From an uncultured bacterium (GTDB taxonomy: Bacteria; Patescibacteriota; Minisyncoccia; Phycocordibacterales; PALSA-1337): 64,000 nt of DNA. Under the pieces are notes generated by a model, which had not been told where the DNA came from, did no database searches, and was given only the letters and a program-made list of their open reading frames with translations. Shown in pieces: positions 51,652-60,152 of the stretch; position 1 is the first letter of the stretch; each line of letters begins with the position of its first letter. The stretch is taken from the NCBI GenBank assembly GCA_903839725.1, contig CAIMDG010000002.1, positions 65,078 to 129,077 of the forward strand, given 5' to 3'. The position numbers and the translations under genes were made by a program.

Positions 51652-52761
51652 CTATTCCAATTCTGAAAGAGCTCTGATAGCTGCGCCTATGGCTACCGCA
51701 AATTCTGGACCAGCCTGAGTGAATTCTTCGGCCAAAAATGCTGGTGTTTCAAGCTTTGAGAAAGGATCAGCATATACGACATCTGTTTGAAAACTGATTT
51801 TTGCAAGATCAATGAAACCCTTGAGGAGAACTCCTCCTCCGGTCAAAATAACCTTTGATACATTCTTGGCGTACTTTTTCTGATAGTTCAGCAGACTTGA
51901 ATTGGCTTCATAGAATACATAATCGAGGTTAACCGTAATAATTTCGGTAAGCTCTTTGTATTCTGGACCACCTTTCAAACCATGAACACGTTTCATATTT
52001 TCAGCTTCACCTACGGAAATAGACAGGGCTTTTGAAAGGGTGAGTGTAATATCCTGACTACCTTTATTGATAATATGTGAAGCACGAAGTATGCCACGTT
52101 CAACAATGTATAGTTTTGTTGATCGAGCACCCATGTCGATCACCATGTTGGTACTCATACCTTGGTCGAGAGCTGCACGAATAGAGCTAAAAAGCTCAAT
52201 CTCATAAAACTTGGGGTTCAGGTGAGTTCCTGCCATGACTGATTGATAGGTATTTATGTATTCGTTATGAATTGCAACTACCAACACATCTCTTCCCTGT
52301 TTTTCTGTTTTTGTGGAATCATCATCAGTCACAAAACTATCCTCTCGAGGAATAATAGAATAATCGAGAAGAACTTCATTGAGTGGTACGGGAATATATT
52401 TGCGAGCCTCAAGTGCAACAACATCAGCAACTTGTTTGTCCCCAACTGGAGGAATAGTGATGAATGCAGTAAGACTAGATGAAAGTGGTAAAGCGACACC
52501 AGCAGAAGTGGTGGTTGTTTTTGATTCTTTGAGAATATCACTTACCGCCTCGATCATTCTTTCTGGAGGTAATGCAACCGCACGACCAACTTCCATATTT
52601 GCATATGGACCAAGAGCCAATTCACCATATGTCTCAAGCACTGCGTGGCCACGCTTTTTTTTGATTTGAATCACCTTCACTGAGGATGAACCAATATCTA
52701 TGCCGAGAACGCTCGATTCTTTTTTGAAAAAAGACGACAGGAATGATCCGAATGAAGCCAT
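51652..52761 (-). CDS. pilM: type IV pilus assembly protein PilM (actin-like ATPase)
   Basis: 'LGIDIGSSSVKVIQIKKKRG' phosphate-1 motif of the actin/FtsA fold and 'VIDMGARSTKLYIV'. Confidence 0.75.
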   Translation of the reverse strand: MASFGSFLSSFFKKESSVLGIDIGSSSVKVIQIKKKRGHAVLETYGELALGPYANMEVGRAVALPPERMIEAVSDILKESKTTTTSAGVALPLSSSLTAFITIPPVGDKQVADVVALEARKYIPVPLNEVLLDYSIIPREDSFVTDDDSTKTEKQGRDVLVVAIHNEYINTYQSVMAGTHLNPKFYEIELFSSIRAALDQGMSTNMVIDMGARSTKLYIVERGILRASHIINKGSQDITLTLSKALSISVGEAENMKRVHGLKGGPEYKELTEIITVNLDYVFYEANSSLLNYQKKYAKNVSKVILTGGGVLLKGFIDLAKISFQTDVVYADPFSKLETPAFLAEEFTQAGPEFAVAIGAAIRALSELE

Positions 52762-52789
52762 GGGTATATTATAAGGTATAATCGCATTT

Positions 52790-53500
52790 ATGAATATCCT
52801 CATCACTATCTACCAAACTGTCCTTGAAGCACTCTTCCCCACTTCTTCTGCCGAAAAAGAGTTGTTCTCATACACACCGGAACAGGTATATACTCTCTTT
52901 CCTCACGTTTCTGATTATAGTGGTCTCGCTATACCGTTGCCAAACGTACACTCAATCTATACCTACAAGGATCCACGAGTCACTCAATTGGTATGGAATA
53001 TAAAATACAAGAAATCAAAACGTGCAATTGAGATTGCCGGGTATGCGTTCGGTCGACAACTTGAATCTCAATTCGATATGTTCAACAAAGAGAATTCTGA
53101 AACCATTCCCAGACCAACCTTACTCATTGTGCCAATACCTATTTCTATACAACGACGCAAAGAACGTGGGTACAATCAGTGTGAATTGATAACCGACGAA
53201 CTGAAACAACGAGATACACATAAGAGATTCCTCGTTATCCAAAATCTTCTCATTCGCACACATCACGCTTCACGACAAACATTGAAAGATCGTTCGGAGC
53301 GTCTACAAAGTGCGCAAGGAATTTTTGACGTGAATGAAAAAGTACTCAAACATATGTTGAATATAAATCCTGAAATACAACACATACCAATCGTCATCAT
53401 TGATGATGTGATCACAACAGGAAGTACCATGAAAGAAGCTATCGATGCATTAGAAAAAGCAGGATTCACACAAGTGCATGGCCTTTCCCTAGCGCACTAA
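52790..53500 (+). CDS. comF: ComF family protein (phosphoribosyltransferase domain)
   Basis: C-terminal PRTase motif 'IVIIDDVITTGSTMKEA'. Confidence 0.75.
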   Translation: MNILITIYQTVLEALFPTSSAEKELFSYTPEQVYTLFPHVSDYSGLAIPLPNVHSIYTYKDPRVTQLVWNIKYKKSKRAIEIAGYAFGRQLESQFDMFNKENSETIPRPTLLIVPIPISIQRRKERGYNQCELITDELKQRDTHKRFLVIQNLLIRTHHASRQTLKDRSERLQSAQGIFDVNEKVLKHMLNINPEIQHIPIVIIDDVITTGSTMKEAIDALEKAGFTQVHGLSLAH

Positions 53501-53522
53501 GTGAGATTATAAAATTCAAACA

Positions 53523-53646
53523 CAACCTCAGCGGGAGGCAGTGTACTCATTTTTCGTACAAGTTTAGAGACATGTACATTACACCGCGTACCTCAATGTT
53601 TACAAACTTGTACGAAAAATGAGTACACTGCCTCCCGCTGAGGTTG
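53523..53646. repeat. Family-1 palindromic intergenic element, copy 3
   Basis: Arms 'CAACCTCAGCGGGAGGCAGTGTACTCATTTTTCGTACAAGTTT' and its reverse complement. Core 'AGAGACATGTACATTACACCGCGTACCTCAATGTTTAC'. Confidence 0.8.
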
Positions 53647-53652
53647 GTCCCC

Positions 53653-54846
53653 CTATTTTATAATCTTCACGAATCTGCGCTTGCCTACTTTGAGTACAAC
53701 TGTTTCTGTTGGTGTGAAATTTGGATCAGTTATTTTACTATCGTCGTTTTTGACTGCACCATCGAGTACGAGACGTCTCCATTCTGTCTTTGATTCAACA
53801 ATACCTGATTTGATGAGAACTTCGGCGAGTGATTCATCTGCACCAAGCTGTATTTCCTGAATATCTTCAGGCACACCACCTTTTGCAAACGTCTTTTCGA
53901 AGGCTTCTTCGGCTGACTTTGCGGCAGGTTCGCCGTGAAAACGCTTCACAATATCAAATGCAAGATGAGCTTTTGCCTGACGTGGACCTTCTTTCATCAA
54001 GGAATCTTTTTCTGTTGTAGAAATACGAGTACAATTCAAGAATAAAGGTTCAAGCATAGGATCCGGTAGTGACATGACTGCACCAAATAAACTATTTGAT
54101 GGTTGGTCTATGAATACTCCTGTACCATTGCTTTTGGACATAAGCTCGCCTGTTTTGGGATTGGCAATCAAATTCAAAGCAATAACAAACTTGTCTTTAT
54201 TTTTCATACGCTTAAGCAATGTTCTTCCTGCAAGCGCATTAAATGTCTGATCTGTACCACAAATCTCAATATCAACATCCATGGCAACACTGTCATACCC
54301 TTGCATAAGTGGATACATAAATTCATGGAGATGAATCGGAGTGTTTTCCTTGAGACGTTTCGCAAACATGTCACGCTCTAACATCTGCTGAACAGTAAAG
54401 TTTGATGCGAGATTGACCACATCAGTAAATGAAAGTTTTGATAACCATTCTGAATTGTATTTTATAAGTGGAGGATTTTCTTTATCATCAAAATTAAGCA
54501 ATGGCTTCACTTGAGCTACCCAGCCAGCAACATTTTTCTTTACATCTTCAACGGTCAATTGTTTTCGAGTCGCAGCCTTATCACTTGGATCCCCTATTTG
54601 TGCAGTAAAATCACCAAATAAAATGATCACTTCATGCCCAAGCTGACGAAGTTCTTCGGCAAACATAATATTTTTTGCATGTCCCAAATGAAGAGCTGTT
54701 GAGGTTGGGTCAAAACCGATATACATACGGAGACGCTCACCTGATGTAAGCCTCTTCAGTAACTCTGCCTTGGTAGGCAAAATATCCACCACGGTTCCAC
54801 GTGCGAATATCTCTTCTATACGTTGTATATCTGTTATAACTTTCAT
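53653..54846 (-). CDS. tyrS: tyrosine--tRNA ligase
   Basis: 'GFDPTSTALHLGH' (HIGH), 'KMSKS'-like 'ELMSKSNGT' and a C-terminal S4 domain. Confidence 0.85.
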   Translation of the reverse strand: MKVITDIQRIEEIFARGTVVDILPTKAELLKRLTSGERLRMYIGFDPTSTALHLGHAKNIMFAEELRQLGHEVIILFGDFTAQIGDPSDKAATRKQLTVEDVKKNVAGWVAQVKPLLNFDDKENPPLIKYNSEWLSKLSFTDVVNLASNFTVQQMLERDMFAKRLKENTPIHLHEFMYPLMQGYDSVAMDVDIEICGTDQTFNALAGRTLLKRMKNKDKFVIALNLIANPKTGELMSKSNGTGVFIDQPSNSLFGAVMSLPDPMLEPLFLNCTRISTTEKDSLMKEGPRQAKAHLAFDIVKRFHGEPAAKSAEEAFEKTFAKGGVPEDIQEIQLGADESLAEVLIKSGIVESKTEWRRLVLDGAVKNDDSKITDPNFTPTETVVLKVGKRRFVKIIK

Positions 54847-54889
54847 GTCTCAATACTACCGTGATTTCAAGTAAAAGAAAATATCAATC

Positions 54890-55630
54890 TCAAGAAGTCC
54901 ACATCATTGCTTTTTCTGTAGGTTTTTCAACCTGTTGTATATTCCATTTCGGATTTTTTGTAATCCACTCTGAAATATCTGTCCATCTCAAATTATGGAA
55001 ACCGAATTGTTTTCCATATATATGATTATCACCTTCTATACTAAATTTTTCGGCAATCTCGGCTGGAGCAAATACGATGCCTGAATCCTCCATTAGCTTA
55101 CGGTCCCATACGCACATCACAACATCCTCCGGTTGATATACTTTGAAACGTCCTTCATTGGCCAATCGACACGAAGTCTCCAACAATTTCTTACTGCGTA
55201 AAGAAAAACCACCATTTCCAACAACGATTGTGTTACATAAGTTTCTTGGAAAATGAAACTTAGTAAACCAGAATTCATCACGAACAAGCCATGGTGCACC
55301 TATATAATCATAGGCAAAAAACTCATCAGTCCAGGAATCGGGATTCAAAACAAAACCATCCCATTGAACCAACAACACAAAATCAGTACTAACATATTTC
55401 ACCAATTCACGGATACAAAATTCAGAATATGCTTCGATGGTCCCGATATAAGGAATCTCAACTTTTCGGGGATCATTCGTTGGTAATGATGTGAGCAATT
55501 TTACTTCTGCAAATTGAATCTTATCTGAAGAAATATCGAGAGCTTTTTGAATTCTCTCAACATTCACACAGTCAATTCCTATCAATGTAACGTTAGATAA
55601 TGTTTTCATGCAAAATATATTAACTCTCAA
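54890..55630 (-). CDS. hypothetical protein, DUF5672-like
   Basis: 'VVGNGGFSLRSKK' motif recalls DUF5672. No other assignment. Confidence 0.3.
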   Translation of the reverse strand: MRVNIFCMKTLSNVTLIGIDCVNVERIQKALDISSDKIQFAEVKLLTSLPTNDPRKVEIPYIGTIEAYSEFCIRELVKYVSTDFVLLVQWDGFVLNPDSWTDEFFAYDYIGAPWLVRDEFWFTKFHFPRNLCNTIVVGNGGFSLRSKKLLETSCRLANEGRFKVYQPEDVVMCVWDRKLMEDSGIVFAPAEIAEKFSIEGDNHIYGKQFGFHNLRWTDISEWITKNPKWNIQQVEKPTEKAMMWTS

Positions 55631-55952
55631 GTATCTTCAATGACCTTCTCATGGCCACGAATGCGTATGCCCAGAGAAATGGTAGCCACAGCGGCATAAG
55701 ACCAAATAAACTATTTCTAACAAATACTTCAACACCAGTACTTATAAAAATAGATTCGGAAATAATCATTACACAAAAACCAAATATCAAAAAGACAACA
55801 TCATTCTTTTCTTTTTTGATAAAAAGAGAAATAGTTATAATCAAGATATATAAAATAGTCAGGATGTAATCATTTTTTATTACAGGAATCAATGCAATCA
55901 TAAGTAATACAGGAATTGATTCTTTGAAAATGTTAAGGATTTTGGTGAACAT
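55620..55952 (-). CDS. small membrane protein of unknown function
   Basis: Three TM helices. Confidence 0.3.
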   Translation of the reverse strand: MFTKILNIFKESIPVLLMIALIPVIKNDYILTILYILIITISLFIKKEKNDVVFLIFGFCVMIISESIFISTGVEVFVRNSLFGLMPLWLPFLWAYAFVAMRRSLKILES

Positions 55953-56012
55953 GTTTGAATAGAGAATGTGAAATACACTAAATTAATAACGACACAGAAT
56001 ATATTGTAGCAT

Positions 56013-56756
56013 CTATCGTATCTTCCCCTTCCACAAATAATTCAGAACAGTCAAATAGTGTCCGAGGTACTTATTCTCGTGAACATGAGGATCCAAGCCA
56101 TGCGCTATCATTTGTTCAACCAATCTCTTACCAAATCTATATGGAATATTCACATCATATTTTGAGAGATGTATTTCAATTTCTTTACCTTTAAGACCTT
56201 GAAAGTTATTTTCTGGCGCAAGATCACGCCAAGCTTCTTTCAAAAATTCCAAAGTAATCCCCTGCTTTTCAAAAAGACGACGAATATTTTGAGTCTTGAG
56301 TCCATACCACATCGACTGTGCAAGATCGCAACCAGGAGCAACGAGTACGAGCCTCGTCACATAATCATTGTTATTTGCAATCATCGCCGCTTCGACACAC
56401 CCAATACTAATTCCGATCACTTGCACCTGTTTGTATCCATGTTGATGCACCATCTTATCAATATCCAATCTGACATGATCAATAACTTCCTTGAATGCAT
56501 CATGGGTATATCTATAGTCAGGAGAAAGGAGTGCTGACGCTATTTTATATTCAAGGCATGAATACCCTGCTTCATATATACGCTTTCGTACTAATTTGAA
56601 AAAATCAGCCTCAACTTTCCATGGAGGTATGAGAACACACAACCCCTTTGAATGTGGTGCGGGATAAAAATCACTCGTCAAACCAACATCACCACCGAAA
56701 TCAGTGACGATACCTCGAAAAGGGCCGATGATTCTATCTGGACTTAATAGAGACAT
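56013..56756 (-). CDS. alpha/beta-hydrolase fold protein (paralog 1)
   Basis: Nucleophile elbow 'GISIGC' and a His near the C-terminus. ~30% identical to the adjacent paralog. Confidence 0.5.
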   Translation of the reverse strand: MSLLSPDRIIGPFRGIVTDFGGDVGLTSDFYPAPHSKGLCVLIPPWKVEADFFKLVRKRIYEAGYSCLEYKIASALLSPDYRYTHDAFKEVIDHVRLDIDKMVHQHGYKQVQVIGISIGCVEAAMIANNNDYVTRLVLVAPGCDLAQSMWYGLKTQNIRRLFEKQGITLEFLKEAWRDLAPENNFQGLKGKEIEIHLSKYDVNIPYRFGKRLVEQMIAHGLDPHVHENKYLGHYLTVLNYLWKGKIR

Positions 56757-56759
56757 ATA

Positions 56760-57515
56760 TTACAGGTGTAAATATTTATTTGAAAGTAAAAACGAAATAA
56801 TTGTTCCATAGTGTCCAAGAGACTTATTCTGAATAATCTCAGCACTAGGAATATGTTGTTTGATCTCACGAGCGAGCTTCTTTCCAAATCGAAAAGGAAT
56901 GATGAGGTCCTTTCTTCCGAGAATAATCTTGATCTTTTTATCTTTCACACCATCAACATAATGTTCAGGTGCCAATTCAAGCCAATATCTCTTCAGATAC
57001 TTTAATGTAATACCACTTTTCTTCATGACACGTTTCACTCGTATTGTTCGAAGACTACTCCAGAAAGATTCCGCTAGAGAATTTCCTGGTGCCACAAGAA
57101 TAATGTCAGAAATTAGTTTGTTATTATTGGAAATCATCATCGCAAAAACACAACTCAAACTAAGACCAACCATAACAAATCTCTCTATACCATTTTCCTT
57201 ATTTAGTTTTTCTAGATCCTTTCGTACATTTTGACTTACTATTTCAAAATATGACCGTGTTGCATTAACATCTGGAGATAAAATATCAGGTATAAGATTG
57301 TATTGAACATAGGCTAACCCCAATTTTTGTATCTTTCTTTTCATCGGTGAAAAAATATATGAACCAGAATGCCATGGTCCCATCAATATATATGCCACCT
57401 TACTATTCTCGCCATAGAAAAGACTACCCGAAAATGGATTTTGCAACTCTACTTCTTTACTCAAATTTTCTTTGTCGATCAAACTCGACCACGCCATTAT
57501 GTTGTCTAAATTCAT
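56760..57515 (-). CDS. alpha/beta-hydrolase fold protein (paralog 2)
   Basis: 'GLSLSC' elbow and shared 'LVAPG', 'KYL..Y', 'IPFRFGKKL' blocks with paralog 1. Start trimmed to avoid the tRNA. Confidence 0.5.
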   Translation of the reverse strand: MNLDNIMAWSSLIDKENLSKEVELQNPFSGSLFYGENSKVAYILMGPWHSGSYIFSPMKRKIQKLGLAYVQYNLIPDILSPDVNATRSYFEIVSQNVRKDLEKLNKENGIERFVMVGLSLSCVFAMMISNNNKLISDIILVAPGNSLAESFWSSLRTIRVKRVMKKSGITLKYLKRYWLELAPEHYVDGVKDKKIKIILGRKDLIIPFRFGKKLAREIKQHIPSAEIIQNKSLGHYGTIISFLLSNKYLHL

Positions 57516-57518
57516 GTG

Positions 57519-57605
57519 CGGAGAGAGTGGGATTCGAACCCACGGTTCCAATAAAGGAACGGCGGTTTAGTAAACCGCTGCCTTAAACCACTCAGCCATC
57601 TCTCC
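57519..57605 (-). tRNA. type II (long variable arm) tRNA, Ser-like acceptor, apparent anticodon ACU
   Basis: Acceptor GGAGAGA/TCTCTCC, variable hairpin 'GTTCC-TTTATT-GGAAC', T-loop 'TTCGAAT'. The anticodon arm GCGGT-'TTACTAA'-ACCGC has A at position 34. Confidence 0.6.
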
Positions 57606-57718
57606 ATATTCTTCTCAATCCAAAAATCACAACTATTTGAGAACCTACATACTATACGAAAAATAGTGCCGATTTACAACATTCAGACAAAAAGTTTATG
57701 ATGGTATACAATTGATAC

Positions 57719-58195
57719 ATGAACATAAAAACAATATTTACACTAATCGGAGCCATAGTAATCTCAGAGCTTGCCGGCATCATTGGTTCCCTATTTACCT
57801 TTCAATCGATACCAACATGGTATACAACAATCATTAGACCAGACTTCTCACCACCGAATTGGATATTTGGACCTGTTTGGACAACTCTCTTTGTACTTAT
57901 GGGTATTGCTCTTTTCCTGGTGTGGCAGAAAAAGTATGCTCAGAAAAAAATCGGACTTGCCGTGGGTTTATTCTTTGTACAACTACTACTCAATACGCTC
58001 TGGTCAATCATATTCTTTGGTAAACACAATATTGGTGGTGCATTTATAGAGATAATTTTCCTATGGTTAGCGATAGTAGCGACGACCATCGCTTTTTTCA
58101 AAATCTCAAAGCCAGCAGGATATTTACTACTACCATACATAGCGTGGGTTAGTTTTGCTGGATACTTAAATTACATCATTTGGACTTTGAATTAA
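57719..58195 (+). CDS. tspO: TspO/MBR family tryptophan-rich sensory protein
   Basis: 'PPNWIFGPVWTTLFVLMG' and 'LLPYIAWVSFAGYLNYIIW' hallmark blocks. Five TM helices. Confidence 0.8.
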   Translation: MNIKTIFTLIGAIVISELAGIIGSLFTFQSIPTWYTTIIRPDFSPPNWIFGPVWTTLFVLMGIALFLVWQKKYAQKKIGLAVGLFFVQLLLNTLWSIIFFGKHNIGGAFIEIIFLWLAIVATTIAFFKISKPAGYLLLPYIAWVSFAGYLNYIIWTLN

Positions 58196-58223
58196 GGAAT
58201 ATTTTATGACAGAATGGCACAAC

Positions 58224-58312
58224 TGGAGACGTGGTGGAGTGGTCTAACATACCTCTTTGCTAAAGAGGCAGGCCTCTTATAGGGCCTCGAGGGTTCGAAT
58301 CCCTCCGTCTCC
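58224..58312 (+). tRNA. tRNA-Ser (anticodon GCU)
   Basis: Acceptor GGAGACG/CGTCTCC, anticodon loop 'TTGCTAA', long variable arm, T-loop 'TTCGAAT'. Confidence 0.85.
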
Positions 58313-58549
58313 GCAAAATACCGAGCGAAGCGAGTGTATTTTCGCGGGACGAAGCGAGGCGACTGCTCGCCTCGCGTGAGGGATTCGAAAAGGTTGAGTA
58401 TATGGCGCGGAACGAAGTGAGCACCATACGAAACCTGTACCGAAGCTGTAAGCTTCGAATCCTGATTTAGGAAAATCACCTACTGGGCTCCTTCTTCGCC
58501 AATAGACCGAGACTATTCATGCATATCTATATAATGTATATTCTTATTC

Positions 58550-59362
58550 ATGAAAGCAGTGACTACAAAACAGCTACAGAAATTTAAAGACACCATCTGG
58601 TCCTACTACACACAGAACAAGCGCCCTATGCCCTGGCGTGACAATACTTCTACATATTATGTAGTTGTATCAGAGATCATGCTCCAACAAACTCAAGTCA
58701 GTAGAGTGATGCAAAAATTTCCTCAATTCATAAACAGGTTTCCAGATTGGCTGACACTTGCACGAGCAGAAACAAGAGATGTATTGCAAGAATGGTCGGG
58801 ACTCGGCTATAACCGTCGTGCTCTATTCTTGAAACGAATTGCTGAAGAAATCACTGAAAAAGGCACAACAAAAGGTGTACTACCAAAGACTGTTGAGGAA
58901 TTAGAAAAACTTCCTGGAATCGGACCAAATACTGCCGGCTCTATTCTCGCCTTTGCCTACAATAGTCCACACCCATTCATTGAAACAAACATCCGATCAG
59001 TATTCATCCATTTCTTTTTTGCTAAAATTGAAAAGACTTTTGGAAAACGAGCATGTAAAAAAATTCATGACGATGAATTGATGCCACTCATAGAAAAAAC
59101 AATGGATACAAAGAATCCTCGAGAATGGTATTACGCACTCATGGATTATGGATCACATTTGAAAAAACAATTAGCAAATCCCTCACGTCACAGTGCTCAC
59201 CACGTAAAGCAAACACCTTTTAAAGGATCAAATCGTGAATTACGTGCAGGAATATTGAGAATAATCATTGAAAAGCCAATGACTGAAAAGATGATCATCC
59301 GCTCATTTCCTTCTTGTAAGCCAGACGATATTAAAAAAAAACATAGAAGCTCTTACTACTGA
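58550..59362 (+). CDS. HhH-GPD superfamily base-excision DNA glycosylase (MutY/Nth-like, no Fe-S cysteine cluster seen)
   Basis: 'VVSEIMLQQTQVSRV' and 'LPGIGPNTAGSILAFAY' HhH-GPD motif. Confidence 0.7.
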   Translation: MKAVTTKQLQKFKDTIWSYYTQNKRPMPWRDNTSTYYVVVSEIMLQQTQVSRVMQKFPQFINRFPDWLTLARAETRDVLQEWSGLGYNRRALFLKRIAEEITEKGTTKGVLPKTVEELEKLPGIGPNTAGSILAFAYNSPHPFIETNIRSVFIHFFFAKIEKTFGKRACKKIHDDELMPLIEKTMDTKNPREWYYALMDYGSHLKKQLANPSRHSAHHVKQTPFKGSNRELRAGILRIIIEKPMTEKMIIRSFPSCKPDDIKKKHRSSYY

Positions 59363-59406
59363 AGGATTTATATTTAAAAAAGGAAGACGCTATCTTGTAT
59401 AAAAAA

Positions 59407-59433
59407 TTCACGCCAAGATATGCTCGGCGTGAA
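59407..59433. terminator. bidirectional terminator hairpin
   Basis: 'TTCACGCC-AAGATATGCT-CGGCGTGAA' flanked by A-runs. Confidence 0.5.
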
Positions 59434-59451
59434 TGACGAAAAAACGAACGA

Positions 59452-60027
59452 TCAAGATGTTGCCCGTTCAAAGAGCAACACACGTGAACCAGGAAGAAAT
59501 ATATCGGGGTTGGACAGTTCGTGATTCAACAAATTGAACTTCCGCCCCAACCTTTTTGACTGTTGAGACTTTTTTCGAGGAGCAACCTGAATCGTTGCAA
59601 CACAAACGATCTTGCGTTCTTCGCAATTGACGGGCAACAAGTTAAGGTGATGCCCTTCGAGTTGGTCACAGAAACTACGATTCAACAGTCCTGAATCGCG
59701 GTTCCGAACATCATGTTCGAGAATGTGAAGACATTGCCAGAGATTCATAGTGAGCCCATTGGCAATCAATGTCTCATGTTGCGCCTGGGCAGCTGAGGAA
59801 ATAGTAATGCCTGCAGCATGTGCAAAAATCTGGGGCAAATGTGTCATCTCTTCTGTCAGTTCATAGACGACGAGCCTGCCGGGTTTGCCGACAGGAACCA
59901 TTTCGCCCAATGAACAGAAATGATCAGGGTAATCCAGTAAGCGGTTGGTGGCGATAAGTTGCTTGACGCTGATAGGTTCAGGGTTGCCAGGAACATCGAT
60001 CGTAACAGGAATTTTTTTAATGCTCAT
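59452..60027 (-). CDS. hypothetical protein (moderately GC-rich singleton)
   Basis: ORF with elevated GC and no recognisable motif. Start set at 'MSIKKIPV'. Confidence 0.35.
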   Translation of the reverse strand: MSIKKIPVTIDVPGNPEPISVKQLIATNRLLDYPDHFCSLGEMVPVGKPGRLVVYELTEEMTHLPQIFAHAAGITISSAAQAQHETLIANGLTMNLWQCLHILEHDVRNRDSGLLNRSFCDQLEGHHLNLLPVNCEERKIVCVATIQVAPRKKSQQSKRLGRKFNLLNHELSNPDIFLPGSRVLLFERATS

Positions 60028-60152
60028 GCTCAATATGTGGTTGATTGTTGTATTTTTGGAAAGGAACCAAAGAGAAACGGTCTTCTTTATATACCAGTAG
60101 ACCATCAATGTCAATCATCGCCCTTTTGAACAATTTCTCGTAGAATAGAGTC

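Noticed and set aside
57347-57586. ORFs 57347-57586 (+) and 58204-58479 (-) containing 'GFEPT'/'GFEPS' peptides
   Set aside because: These are translations of tRNA T-arms (GGTTCGAATCC) and tRNA-like fragments. They are not proteins.
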